The notes: generated by a model from the sequence alone, not told the origin. Positions 34,038-44,375 are shown, counted from the first letter of the stretch. The stretch: DNA of 64,000 nucleotides from an uncultured delta proteobacterium (GCA_963737905.1 CAVTUQ010000028.1:64001-128000), one strand, 5' to 3'. Translations and numbers: made by a program.

Positions 34038-34067
34038 TTTTCACCTCCGATAATTTTCTCTGTCCGA

Positions 34068-34455
34068 TCAACCGCCTCGGCTTGACCTTTCGGCTTCGCG
34101 ACGCAAAGTTTCGATACTTTGCCGCATATCATTTGCCGCTCGTCTGGCGTCCTCAGAAGCCGCCTTCGCCTCGGCGACTTGAGCATCTACCAGCGCCTCC
34201 TCGGCTAGACGCCGGGCCACGGCGTACTCTTCTTTATTCATAGCGCGCTTGGCCTCGTCGAGCTTGTCCGCCGCCATGCGCAACTCCAATGGCGAATATA
34301 GAGGAGCCTTACTCTTGTTCGCCTCTTGCACCGCCAACTCCGCCGCTGCGACACTATCCTTCGGCGGACTGACTGTACTGCAACCTCCAATGCTCAACAC
34401 CGTCAGAAAGAAGGGTGCAGCGATCCAAAAAAAAGTGATCTGATGTTTTATACAT
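34068..34455 (-). CDS. DUF4398 lipoprotein (ATG 34455 with GGAGG RBS, frameshift in a homopolymer)
   Basis: Lipobox IGGC; A...YSPLELRMA.DKL..A...M...Y..A.RLAE.A..DA; the usual partner of the adjacent OmpA gene. Confidence 0.8.
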
Positions 34456-34550
34456 GGCTACCTCCGCTTGGATAAGATTCTCAAAAATACCGCCTCGACA
34501 CTCGTGGTTGAAGAACTCTAAGTTATAGTGGGAAACTGCTTTGAGAATTG

Positions 34551-34566
34551 TGCAATTGCAGTGCCA
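34551..34566 (-). promoter_or_regulatory. Sigma-54 (-24/-12) promoter for the DUF4398-ompA operon
   Basis: Minus strand TGGCAC-TGCAA-TTGCA is an exact match to TGGCAC-N5-TTGCW, about 95 bp upstream of the ATG. Confidence 0.72.
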
Positions 34567-34875
34567 TCAATTTCTAGTGAGAACAGGATGCTGATGTACG
34601 ATTATCCAGACAGCTGACTCGCGTACATAAGAAAATAAATTGGTACCGTGCTCTACACTGGGCAATAAAAAACATTTCGCAAGATGAACCCAAATATTTC
34701 AGAATACTCGTATTTGAAGATGCGGCTCCCACTTTGGGGCGTTACCGACTGCTATCGAAGAAAGAGAATTAATAGTTTGTGGAGAATTGTGGACACGCAG
34801 CGGTTTCGCGTACCTAAAACACACACAGAGCGTAGTTCTGACGGGACCGGGTTTTGATTTTTAGCCGCCTTCGCG

Positions 34876-34890
34876 TGGCATAAAGATTGC
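34876..34890 (+). promoter_or_regulatory. Sigma-54 promoter for the degQ-like gene
   Basis: TGGCAT-AAAGA-TTGC, 55 bp upstream of ATG 34946. Confidence 0.62.
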
Positions 34891-34945
34891 GGAATCACAT
34901 CCGCTTTAGACAAGACCCGGTGTAAGACTAGCTTGGAGGCTAACC

Positions 34946-36370
34946 ATGAAACGGATGGCTCATTTGGATATTATTGTCTGCAGCTTATTGATCTCGATCG
35001 TTTTGCAGCCATGGTTCTCCGATTCTGCGTTGAGCCAAGAAGCGGCTCCCAACACTTTTAGTCCTGCTCAACGCCCCTATCGGGGCGATTTCACGGACTT
35101 GGCGAAGGTAGTTGGACCGGTCGTGGTGAATATCTCCACCTCACAAGTCGTAAAGCCGCCCGCGGAGTCACCATTCGGTGGGGCGAATCCTTTCACCGAT
35201 CCTCAGGAGCGCTTTTTCGGTCAACCCTCTCCGCGAGGTCCCTTTCGCCAACGGGGTCTCGGCTCCGGTTTTATCATTGAGCGGGACGGTACTATCCTTA
35301 CCAATAACCACGTCGTCGAAAATGCCGAAAAGATTATGGTCAAACTCCAAGACGAACGAGAGTTCGAAGGAAAAGTCATCGGCAGAGATGCCAAAACCGA
35401 TATTGCCGTGATCAAGATAAATGCAAACAATCTCCCTGCGGCCCCGCTTGGTGATTCTGATCGACTGCAAGTCGGAGAATGGGTCGTCGCCCTGGGCAGC
35501 CCCTTCGGGCTCGCCAATACAGTCACCGCTGGTATCGTGAGCGCCAAAGGTCGGTGGATCGGGGCGGGACCTTACGACAGTTTCATCCAGACAGATGCTT
35601 CAATTAATCCGGGAAATTCGGGAGGACCGTTGGTTAATTTAGGTGGCGAAGTCGTCGGCATAAATACCGCGATTTTTTCTCGGAGTGGAGCCAATATCGG
35701 CATTGGATTCGCGACTCCCATAAATATCGTGAAGGAGCTATTGCCTGAGCTGAAAAGCAAAGGGAAAGTAATTCGAGGATGGCTGGGTGTCTCAATCCAA
35801 CAAGTAACTCCTGATATTGCCTCTTCGCTGGGCCTGGAGAGATCCGCTGGCGCTCTAGTTTCCACTGTTGTGGATGGCGGTCCCGCGGAGAAGGCCGGTA
35901 TCAAAGTCGGCGATGTGATCATCCAATACAATGGAGAGGCAATCAATCATTCGAGTGAGCTGCCGATCATGGTAGCGCGTACAAAAGTGGGCCAGACTGT
36001 ACCGCTCAAGGTTTTTCGCGACAAAAAAGAAATCGAACTTTCGGTGGCTGTCCAAGAGCTGAAGGACGACGAGATCGCTCCTACCTCGAAAAAGAATGAT
36101 TTTGGCCTAACCGTCCAGAGACTCACACCTGAAATCGCCCGCAGCCTGGGCTTAGAAGATGCTCGAGGCGTCCTCATTACGGCGGTGGATCCGAAAGGTC
36201 GCGGCGCCGAAGCCGGCCTGCGTCGAGGCGATGTCATTTTAGAAATCGATCGGAAACCGATTCGCGATCTGTCCGATTATGAAAAGGCCATAGCGGAGAC
36301 TAAAGACAAAAATCTATTACTTTTAGTGCGCCGCGGTGATGCCAATATTTTTCTTGCCCTGAAATCTTGA
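34946..36370 (+). CDS. Do/DegQ (HtrA) periplasmic serine endoprotease with two PDZ domains
   Basis: GSGF, TNNHV, DIAVIK and TDASINPGNSGGPL. Confidence 0.93.
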   Translation: MKRMAHLDIIVCSLLISIVLQPWFSDSALSQEAAPNTFSPAQRPYRGDFTDLAKVVGPVVVNISTSQVVKPPAESPFGGANPFTDPQERFFGQPSPRGPFRQRGLGSGFIIERDGTILTNNHVVENAEKIMVKLQDEREFEGKVIGRDAKTDIAVIKINANNLPAAPLGDSDRLQVGEWVVALGSPFGLANTVTAGIVSAKGRWIGAGPYDSFIQTDASINPGNSGGPLVNLGGEVVGINTAIFSRSGANIGIGFATPINIVKELLPELKSKGKVIRGWLGVSIQQVTPDIASSLGLERSAGALVSTVVDGGPAEKAGIKVGDVIIQYNGEAINHSSELPIMVARTKVGQTVPLKVFRDKKEIELSVAVQELKDDEIAPTSKKNDFGLTVQRLTPEIARSLGLEDARGVLITAVDPKGRGAEAGLRRGDVILEIDRKPIRDLSDYEKAIAETKDKNLLLLVRRGDANIFLALKS

Positions 36371-36438
36371 CCAGTAAACCGTGAGTCATTTATTTCTCTG
36401 GGCCCGGCGGGACTCGGAATTTATTGATGCGCTGCGCA

Positions 36439-37176
36439 TCAATCGAGTGGATGTTTCAACTGGGCGCTCGCCAAATCTTTTTCGTTCGTGAGATCGAGGC
36501 GCAGCGGGGTCATTGAGACGTATCCATGCTCAACGGCCCACCGATCGGTGCCCTCCTCCGTCCCCTCAATGGGAACCACGGTAAACCAGAAAAGTTTCCG
36601 TCCCATGGGGTCTTCGCCCGGCACGACCTTGCCGTCATAGTGCCGCACCGATTGACGCGTCCAGCGCATACCTTTTGGTTTCCCATCGGGAAAGTTTACG
36701 TTGACGAGGCTCAAGTCGCGGTCTTGCAGCAGCAACGCTAAGACTTCTTCGAGCGATGGTTTCAAAATTTCTAAGTTCGGCTCGTCCCGCGTCACAGCCG
36801 CACTGAAAGCTATGCCACGCAACCCCAGCAGGGCTGCCTGCTTGGCGGCAGCCAACGTACCCGAATGCCACATCGCGTTCCCTAGATTACTACCCAGGTT
36901 GATGCCCGAAAGAACAACGTCAACTTTCTCCCAGTGGTAGGCCCCCAGCGCAACACAGTCGGCGGGTGTCCCGTTGACCCGGTAAGCTTCAAAATTACCG
37001 ATCGGCGTGCGCTTATAAGAGAGCGGTCGCATGGCGGTGATGGCGTGTCCGGCGGAGGATTGCTCGACGTCCGGAGCTACGACCCGCACATCGCCGAATT
37101 TCGACGCCGCCTGGGCTAGAGTCGCGATTCCGGGACTGTAGATCCCATCATCATTGGCAATCAAAATGCGCATCAA
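36439..37176 (-). CDS. surE: 5'/3'-nucleotidase SurE
   Basis: ILIANDDG, GTPADCV, SGIN.G.N.G and SGT.AAA. Confidence 0.93.
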   Translation of the reverse strand: MMRILIANDDGIYSPGIATLAQAASKFGDVRVVAPDVEQSSAGHAITAMRPLSYKRTPIGNFEAYRVNGTPADCVALGAYHWEKVDVVLSGINLGSNLGNAMWHSGTLAAAKQAALLGLRGIAFSAAVTRDEPNLEILKPSLEEVLALLLQDRDLSLVNVNFPDGKPKGMRWTRQSVRHYDGKVVPGEDPMGRKLFWFTVVPIEGTEEGTDRWAVEHGYVSMTPLRLDLTNEKDLASAQLKHPLD

Positions 37177-37370
37177 ACCAGCCCTCCTCTGAATGCAAAC
37201 GCACTTTTTATTCTCTCAAGCCATGATAACATTTATTTTTGAACCATGAAGGCGGACAATACTTCGCAATTTCCGATTCGCCGAAACACCATAGATGTAA
37301 GCGTCTACCGTCATGCACTTGAGTTTCTCGGTCTTGGTAAATAAATAACTGTGTCCATAGGAGGTGATAG

Positions 37371-38135
37371 ATGTTCGAAAGCTGGAGAGGCATCGTCGGG
37401 GATATCAAGCCTACGCATCGGCCCGGTTCGCTGGAGGAGTTTATTCGCCTGCTTCCCGAAGGAATCGGTGTGATTCCCCTGACGGTGGGGATCAGGTCTG
37501 GAACTGAGAAGGAGTTCCACGATGTCCTCGAAGACTATAAGGCCAAGGCCGCCGAGCTGGCCGGATTGGGGGTGAACTTGATTCATATCGGGGGCGCGCC
37601 CCCCATGATGGTTCACGGATTCGCCGGCGAAGAGAAAATCGTCAAGGATATGGAAGCAAAGCACGGCATTCCCGTGAGCACCTCGGGTAGATCGCAAACC
37701 GACGCCATGCGCGCGCTCGGTATCAAAAGATTCGTCGGCGTAACCTACTTCCAGGAGAACATGAATCAAATCTTCACCCGTTACTTCACCGAGGCCGGTT
37801 TCGAAGTGACAGCGATGGAAGGAATCGACGTGGCCTTTAAAGATGTGGGGCGCTTATCCGGAGAAGAGATCTATGCCCATACAAAAAAAGCTTTTTTAAA
37901 ACATGCGGATGCGCAGGCGATTTACATGCTCGGCTCCGGCTGGCGGCTGCTAAAGATCGTGCGGCTCTTGGAACAAGATCTCCAGGTGCCGGTGATTTAT
38001 GCGCTGGCGTGTAAACTTTGGGACGTCCAAAAACAATTCCACGTGCGGGAGCCGGTCAAGGGATACGGCCGGCTTCTGGAAGAGTTGCCGGTAAACAGAA
38101 AAATCTCGAGTTTCGGGTTCCGAGTTTCGAGTTAA
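37371..38135 (+). CDS. Maleate cis-trans isomerase/arylmalonate decarboxylase (Asp/Glu racemase superfamily)-like protein
   Basis: Overall pattern (AMRALGIKR...VTY, YF.EAGFEV, LEQDLQVPVI); GGAGGT RBS; the protein appears to lack the canonical catalytic Cys pair. Confidence 0.72.
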   Translation: MFESWRGIVGDIKPTHRPGSLEEFIRLLPEGIGVIPLTVGIRSGTEKEFHDVLEDYKAKAAELAGLGVNLIHIGGAPPMMVHGFAGEEKIVKDMEAKHGIPVSTSGRSQTDAMRALGIKRFVGVTYFQENMNQIFTRYFTEAGFEVTAMEGIDVAFKDVGRLSGEEIYAHTKKAFLKHADAQAIYMLGSGWRLLKIVRLLEQDLQVPVIYALACKLWDVQKQFHVREPVKGYGRLLEELPVNRKISSFGFRVSS

Positions 38136-38178
38136 TCGGAAAAAGCAGTCAACAAAATTCGCAGAACGCACGGAGCTG

Positions 38179-39219
38179 TCATTTGCGACCTACCGGGATG
38201 CGGAAGGTTTGTTGATATTCGGTAAGCCAGGTTTGGATGCGCTCGCTTACTTTAGGATCCGGTGGGGCGGGGTATTTGATTCTATCCAGGTTCATTCTCG
38301 GAAAGCGCGGCTTGACGCCGCTGTGAGAGCTTAAGAAGCCCTCTTCAGTGAAAAGACTTTGGCCTTCCACGGACGTGAGGAAATCTTCAAAGAGTCTCGC
38401 CGCGTTCGGATGCAGCGCTTTGTCGGAGACACCGATCGGATGAATGCTGATGACAATGGGGTTGGCCTCTGCGGACCAATCGACCGGCGCTCCCTTGGAT
38501 CTGGCGTCCTCTATCCGATGCGCTCGAATTATGGCGACAGGAAACTCGCCGGCCACTAATAGATTCGCGGTGTTGGTGTAACCCGCTTGCGTTTGGGGAT
38601 CTTGTTCTGCGAGGGCCCTCATGTACTCGTGTCCCGGCTTGTCTCCTAAATATGCGACCATCCCTCCGTACCATTGAAACGCTTCCGCAGGCAGACCGAT
38701 TTTTTTCCCTTTCCATCTGGGATCTAAGAGATCCTTCCAGTCCTTCGGCGCCTCGACAGGCTTCACCAGTTGGGTATTCCAAGCGATGGTCGCGATGGCT
38801 CCATAAAAGCTTACCCAGGTACCGTTAGGGTCCCGGTGTTTTGGTGAGTACTGATCAAATTCTGGTGGGATGTGCTTTGCAAGCGTGACGTACTTTGGCA
38901 GCTCAAAGAATTGGATATATTCCGCGGTCACAACATCCCATAGGTGCTTTCCACTTCGGGCCTCGCTGCGTATTCTTTCAATAAGTCCGGCGCCCCCAAG
39001 CCGAAGATACTTCACTTTAATGGAAGGGTATTTGTCCTCAAACGTCCTGAGAATTCGCCCGACGATCGATCCCCCGGTTAGAGTGCCGTACCAAACGACT
39101 TCCCCTTCTTTCTTTGCGTTTTCAACATATGGGGCGGTTGGTTGAGCAAACAGCACAGGTGTTGGCGGAAACCAAATAATGAGTGCCGCTACGATTATGA
39201 ACACGCTAAAAGCTTGCAT
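38179..39219 (-). CDS. Extracellular solute-binding protein (AfuA/Fe3+-thiamine type); true start ATG 39219
   Basis: AKKEGEVVWY, PKDWKDLLDPRWKG and HPNAARLF.DFL.S.EGQ; signal peptide after a GGAG RBS. Confidence 0.85.
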   Translation of the reverse strand: MQAFSVFIIVAALIIWFPPTPVLFAQPTAPYVENAKKEGEVVWYGTLTGGSIVGRILRTFEDKYPSIKVKYLRLGGAGLIERIRSEARSGKHLWDVVTAEYIQFFELPKYVTLAKHIPPEFDQYSPKHRDPNGTWVSFYGAIATIAWNTQLVKPVEAPKDWKDLLDPRWKGKKIGLPAEAFQWYGGMVAYLGDKPGHEYMRALAEQDPQTQAGYTNTANLLVAGEFPVAIIRAHRIEDARSKGAPVDWSAEANPIVISIHPIGVSDKALHPNAARLFEDFLTSVEGQSLFTEEGFLSSHSGVKPRFPRMNLDRIKYPAPPDPKVSERIQTWLTEYQQTFRIPVGRK

Positions 39220-39547
39220 GAAAGCTCCCTCCCCCCTATTCACTTGACGTCTGGGTCGTGTCTGGCTCCGCGGGCTGGAAGCTCCGCTATATCCGTAGCG
39301 GGGCCAGATGTAAACCCGTACCACAAGCTTACGTCCGTGGCTTTGGGGCCGTGCATTTTCGAGCGGATCGCAACATTTACCCCGGTCCCAAAAACTCCTT
39401 TGTCGCAGAGTTTGTGATCGAGCAGGCCGGTGGTTCGGGGTAAACCCCGGGCAATCTTCTGTCTTGACGCGGATCAGCAAATCGCCCTATGTTACGTCGA
39501 ATCACGTCTCCGGGACTCGTTGCTTGCCAACCAAGAGGAGGTTCACG

Positions 39548-40576
39548 ATGAAAAGGATGCATTTTTGGCTGTTGATTTGTCTAATCTGGAGTTCCCAGGT
39601 CGCGGCGCAGACTCCCTACTTTCAAGGCAAGACCATCAGAATGGTGGTGGGCTACCCGGCAGGCAGCCTGCATGACCAGTGGGCGCGGCTGGTGGCTCCC
39701 CAGTTGACCAAACATATTCCGGGGAATCCCGCCACGGTGGTTGAAATCAAGCCTGGCGCCGGCTCGATGGTAACGGCCAATTATGTTTACAACGTGGCCA
39801 AGCCCGATGGTTTAACCATTGGAGTCATCAATGCCGCGCTTTATCTCGATCAGGTGATGAAACGTCCGGAGGCCAAGTTCGATTGGCCCAAGTACAGCTG
39901 GGTCGGTAGCTCGACCCCGACGAATGCCCTGTTGTACATGTGGGCTAATACTCCTTACAAGACTATTCAAGACGTACGCAATGCGGCCGTGCCCCCAAAG
40001 TGCGGCGTCACCGGCACAGGCAATACAGGTTACTATTTCCCCAAGCTGCTGGAGCAAGCAATCGGGACGAAGTTCCAGCTCGTGACGGGGTACCAGGGAG
40101 GCGCCGAAATTGAAATCGCGGTGGAAAGAGGAGAAGTGCAGTGTCGCGCTTTTTCGGTGCAGGTCTTCTTTGGGCGGGAGCCGTTCAATATCTGGCGCAG
40201 CAAGAATCTCGTCCGCGTACTGGTTCAAACCGGCAAGAAGCGCGATGCGCGGCTGCCCGAAACGCCGTTGCTCAATGAGCTCATGGATCAGTATCAAACA
40301 ACCGAAGCGTACCGTCGCCTCGCCAAGGTGCTCCTCGGTTCAGGTGAATTTGGTAGCGCCCCGATGATCGCTTCTCCTGGAACTCCCGCGGAGCAGGTCA
40401 AGCTTCTTCGCGAGGGTTATGCAAAGGGTTTGAACGATCCCGATCTCATCGCGGAAGCGAAGAGGAGAGGGCTCGAGCCCGATCTCATTCACGGTGATGA
40501 AATGGAGAGCCTGGCGAAAGAAGTCGTGGTCCAACCTCCGGAGGTGATCGGTCTGATGAAAAAGGTCATGGAGTAG
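39548..40576 (+). CDS. Bug/TctC tripartite tricarboxylate transporter substrate-binding protein
   Basis: YFQGKTI.MVVG.PAG, PGAGS...ANY.Y..AKPDGLT and GY.GG.E...A.ERGE; GAGGAGG RBS. Confidence 0.88.
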   Translation: MKRMHFWLLICLIWSSQVAAQTPYFQGKTIRMVVGYPAGSLHDQWARLVAPQLTKHIPGNPATVVEIKPGAGSMVTANYVYNVAKPDGLTIGVINAALYLDQVMKRPEAKFDWPKYSWVGSSTPTNALLYMWANTPYKTIQDVRNAAVPPKCGVTGTGNTGYYFPKLLEQAIGTKFQLVTGYQGGAEIEIAVERGEVQCRAFSVQVFFGREPFNIWRSKNLVRVLVQTGKKRDARLPETPLLNELMDQYQTTEAYRRLAKVLLGSGEFGSAPMIASPGTPAEQVKLLREGYAKGLNDPDLIAEAKRRGLEPDLIHGDEMESLAKEVVVQPPEVIGLMKKVME

Positions 40577-40583
40577 CAGTGGC

Positions 40584-40617
40584 AGGCCTAGGTCGCGATG
40601 ACTCGGGCCTTTCTTTT
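40584..40617 (+). terminator. Rho-independent terminator
   Basis: AGGCCTAGGTC-GCGAT-GACTCGGGCCT followed by TTCTTTT. Confidence 0.6.
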
Positions 40618-40924
40618 CGTTAGACCTTTGACTCTTCCGGGTTTACTGCAAAACAGTATTCCCGGAAGAGTTTTTCAAGATAATATCCTCGTTTGATTAT
40701 TTGGTTTTCTCCGCCCCTCAAGTGCCTTCGCAGTTCGGTAGGCTCACTGCGTCCTGAGCCCGCCGAAGGACGCGGTTACATCCGAGTACCTTCTTCACAC
40801 GGAGGCCGACAACCTAAACCTTTTTAGTGCGCCTCTGACCTCTGCCGTCATTTTTTGTACATTTCTGATCTGTTTTGGGCTCCCGTTTTCACCTCTTTAT
40901 CCTTTTAAGTTCCTCAAAATGCTT

Positions 40925-40939
40925 TGGTATGTCTTTTGC
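40925..40939 (+). promoter_or_regulatory. Candidate sigma-54 promoter
   Basis: TGGTAT-GTCTT-TTGC with correct GG/GC spacing upstream of the ORF at 41067. Confidence 0.45.
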
Positions 40940-41066
40940 GGTTTTTCTTGCCACACAAGAGAGCTTTGCAGGAAGAAATCGGCAAGTATAGGTCGCGGCG
41001 AAACGATAGATGAATTACGCGACACCCTTCCCCTTCACATCAACGATAAATACAGGAGACACAACT

Positions 41067-41441
41067 ATGGACGTTTCGATCATGCGTGCTCAGGAATATA
41101 AAGGATGCGGCATCCACGCGGCCTCATACAAAGTGGGAGCGGATTGGGTTCCAGAAGCCTGCTTTTGGGTGCGTACCAAAACCGGCTGGACGCGAATGTG
41201 GATAAACAGCTTCGCCCACGTCTTCGAGGTCCCGGAACTCACTTTCTCCAGTGAGACCGAAGCCGATGCCTGCGCCTTTCGATTGGCGCGGCGGCTAATC
41301 GACAAAACTCTACCCGATTTGAACTCCCCTATATCACGCATAGGAGGTACGCGGGCAGCCTACCTATCAAAAATCTTGCAGATCGCGCGGCAATCGCTAT
41401 CCGCATATGCTCATCGAAGAGAACGCAAAAACTTTGGTTAA
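41067..41441 (+). CDS. Hypothetical protein
   Basis: AGGAG RBS before ATG 41067; 124 aa (EYKGCGIHAASY...WVPEACFW...F.SE.EAD..A...ARRLID); no family recognised. Confidence 0.6.
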   Translation: MDVSIMRAQEYKGCGIHAASYKVGADWVPEACFWVRTKTGWTRMWINSFAHVFEVPELTFSSETEADACAFRLARRLIDKTLPDLNSPISRIGGTRAAYLSKILQIARQSLSAYAHRRERKNFG

Positions 41442-41491
41442 CCGCTGAGCGGTTCTCGCGGCTGCAATCGTCCGGGTCCCCCTCCAACAGT

Positions 41492-43048
41492 TCAACGCTT
41501 GCCGTTCCGCTGAAAGTGATGGTCTGATGTGTGCAGGGGGGTAAAGATGTGGGCGAATACGTAATCCGCAACCGTCCGCCCCTGGGAAATCCCTTCGCTC
41601 TTGTCGAACGCCCAGTGTATGCCTAGATAGATTCGACTCTGGCCGTTTTCCTCTTCGGCTTCTGACAAAGAATTAAAGCTGCGCGGTTTGAGCGGTCGCA
41701 CGATTCCGTCGGCGCTTTTTGTCTCACCATTGTACTCGTCCGAAACGAACGTGAATGGAATCTCGTCTTTCCCGAAAAATTCTCGCAACACCTGAAACAG
41801 AGCCCCACCGAAGCCCGCGTGCCCCGAAGGGTAAGCGGGAAAAGGCGGAGTGAAATTGGGGCCATTGAGATTGCTGGCCGGAGCGCCGAGCGGACTGAAG
41901 GTTGGATCTCCAATGGTCGCCGGGTTGCCGTCGCCGTTACCCGTCGGGCCGGTACCCGCGTCGGCTTCTCGAATGCCGGTGACCGGTCGCCAAAAATTGT
42001 GGTAATATTTCGATTCCCAAATCGCGATGCCCGCATCGGCCATCGCCGTGTTTATCAGGGCCAGGAGACGGGCAACCTCAATTGTATTCAAGGCCATTTG
42101 GTCGGCGATCTGCACGGCAACTTGGTTATAGAGCCTCGGCGGAGCGCAAAGACTAGGCGTGCCGTCGTAGGCCCAATAGATACCGATCCCGGTCTGTTCG
42201 TCCGTGCGCACGGTGGGCGTGACGATACCGTCGCCTCCCAGTTGCTTGACTTCCTCGAAAGCCGAGGCATACTCCGGACTCTCCAAAGCCGGCGGGGCCG
42301 GAACCCTGAACTGGCTTGCGGATTTCATACTAAACGGTTTGACCTCTGCCCAACGGGCGCCGAGCGCGAGAGGAATCAAACTGATCGGATCCTGGCGCCA
42401 CTCTCCCGGCTCATCGCCTGTTATGAAATCGACGCCGACACGCGGCTCAGCTTGGTCCGAGCCATCGTTCTCGCGCAGCTCTAATATGGCGGCCGCTGCG
42501 CGGTGTCCGACGTCTATCCCGTTGTTCTTGGCATGTCCGTTTGAAATAGACTTCAGGTCCGATGCAAGCTCCGTATCGAAATTCAGCGCCTGCGACGGAA
42601 AAAGAGCACACAACGTGTCGTGGGCTGCCTGGGCGATAGCCGCATTCAGGGAAGTGTCTTTAGGTGCCGGCGAAATTCCGGTGTAACTTCGATATTTGCC
42701 GTTGATCGCGATAACCGCATCGAAAATTGCGATATGGACTATCGCCATCGCCCGGCTCGCGCGCGTTGGCCCGTATTGTTCCCCGAAGACCCGCGTTTCA
42801 CCGATGGCCAAAGGCGTATGATCGAGACCGCTGGCGTCGATCGCGATCCCGTTCCAGCGACGGACGGAGTCCATGCCCGCATCTTGCCGGCGCGGTATCT
42901 TGCTGTCCCCCGGCAGAGCCTTAAAGCGTGGACCCAACGCATCGTGGTGACCGTGGGGGAAACCTTGAGCCCAGAGCGAGGCGCTTGAGCTGAAGATAAA
43001 AGCAGCCACTAATGCAGTCATTAGCCTACAGCAGGGTGTTCTGGCCAT
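41492..43048 (-). CDS. Vanadium-dependent haloperoxidase (PAP2 superfamily), probably secreted
   Basis: KYYHNFWRP (K-x6-RP), PPFPAYPSGH and SRIYLGIHW vanadate-binding motifs; N-terminal signal peptide. Confidence 0.88.
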   Translation of the reverse strand: MARTPCCRLMTALVAAFIFSSSASLWAQGFPHGHHDALGPRFKALPGDSKIPRRQDAGMDSVRRWNGIAIDASGLDHTPLAIGETRVFGEQYGPTRASRAMAIVHIAIFDAVIAINGKYRSYTGISPAPKDTSLNAAIAQAAHDTLCALFPSQALNFDTELASDLKSISNGHAKNNGIDVGHRAAAAILELRENDGSDQAEPRVGVDFITGDEPGEWRQDPISLIPLALGARWAEVKPFSMKSASQFRVPAPPALESPEYASAFEEVKQLGGDGIVTPTVRTDEQTGIGIYWAYDGTPSLCAPPRLYNQVAVQIADQMALNTIEVARLLALINTAMADAGIAIWESKYYHNFWRPVTGIREADAGTGPTGNGDGNPATIGDPTFSPLGAPASNLNGPNFTPPFPAYPSGHAGFGGALFQVLREFFGKDEIPFTFVSDEYNGETKSADGIVRPLKPRSFNSLSEAEEENGQSRIYLGIHWAFDKSEGISQGRTVADYVFAHIFTPLHTSDHHFQRNGKR

Positions 43049-43155
43049 CTATATTCCTCGCTTCTTACTAGCGATTTTCCTTTTGCTTTTCGCGTCGGCA
43101 CAAAGAACTAAACGTGCGGCTTTTCCTGGCAACGAAAATATTCAATTCGATGAGG

Positions 43156-43170
43156 GCAAACCGGATGCCA
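43156..43170 (-). promoter_or_regulatory. Candidate sigma-54 promoter for the haloperoxidase
   Basis: Minus strand TGGCAT-CCGGT-TTGC, about 110 bp upstream of the ATG. Confidence 0.55.
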
Positions 43171-43351
43171 ACCTCCGACAAGTCAAAATTCTCTACGATT
43201 TATTTCCAACGGAACGATCCGATGGAGTTTGTGGACACAGCCTTGTCCTCATCCGTCTATTGACACCGTCTGCGCTCGTTTGTATTGAAGAGCCATAGGC
43301 TTGAATTATAGGAAAGACCGATAAACAATTGTGGCGGCTTGGGGGTGCTCT

Positions 43352-44348
43352 ATGGATCTACAAGGACTGAATCAGTGGTTGGCGGAAAGAAATTTAAAAG
43401 GGCACTGGGACCATCAGCAATGGTCCCAGACGCGTGCAAACGCATTTGTGGAAGGGCAAGGATATTTTTGAAGGCCTTAATCGTGCAGGTGAACTGATCA
43501 CCACCGGAGAGGCGGGCAGGCGCACGATTCAGATGAGAAATCCGGGACTCTCAGCGGGAATGACCAACACGATTCATATCTCGGTGCAATTGGTGAATCC
43601 TGGAGAAATTGCGGCTGCGCATCGCCACACCGCGGCGGCGATCCGTTTCATCCTCAAGGGCAACCCGAAGGCTTACACTGTCGTTCAAGGGGAACGGTTG
43701 CCGATGAGCGAAGGCGATTTACTTACGACACCGAACTGGACCTGGCACGATCACCTCAACGGTGGTGACGAACCGGTTGTCTGGCTTGACGGTCTCGACA
43801 TTCGCCTGGTCGGCACTTTCGGCGCTATGATCCAGGAGAATTTCAAAAAGGACCAGCAACCGATCGAAAAGCCTGACCACTATTCCACGAAGGTCTTCGG
43901 TCAAGCGCGCCCTACCTGGATTAAGAGTGAGTTTGCGGCACCGCCCTATAGATATCCCTGGGCTGAAACCTATGCCAACCTTCTGGCTCTGAAGGAAAGC
44001 GACGGCGATCCCTTTGATGGCATTCTGTTGGAGTATTCAAATCCGCTCACCGGAGGGCCGACGTTACAGACGTTTTCCTGTCAGATTCAGCTTCTTCGTC
44101 CCAAAGAAAAAACCCATTCTCATCGCCATACGAGCACGACGGTATACCACGCGTTCCGCGGCAATGGACTGACGAAGGTATCGGCGAACAATCTAAATTG
44201 GGATCAAGGCGATATTTTTGTCGTGCCGTCTTGGCAATGGCACTCGCACGAGAATAACACCGACGAAGACGCGATTCTTTTCTCGATCACCGATCGCCCG
44301 GCGGCGGAGGCGTTGGGACTTTACCGGGAAGAAGCGGACGGCGCCTAG
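43352..44348 (+). CDS. Gentisate 1,2-dioxygenase-like bicupin, frameshift near 43433
   Basis: RR.I.M.NPGL, AHRHT..AIRF, TPNWTWHDH, WLDGLD, HRHTSTTVY and VPSWQWHSH; N-terminus MDLQGLNQWLAERNLKGHW from ATG 43352. Confidence 0.85.
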
Positions 44349-44375
44349 ATCTAAGACAGCGAAAGGCCGCAGACT

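Noticed and set aside
39220-39547. N-terminal extensions of ORFs 38179-39480 and 39464-40576
   Set aside because: Better starts with an RBS and signal peptide exist at 39219 and 39548, so the interval is the divergent promoter region.
40950-41060. Riboswitch in the leader of the 41067 ORF
   Set aside because: I could not match the conserved elements of c-di-GMP, cobalamin, TPP or SAM aptamers. An Rfam/Infernal scan would be decisive.
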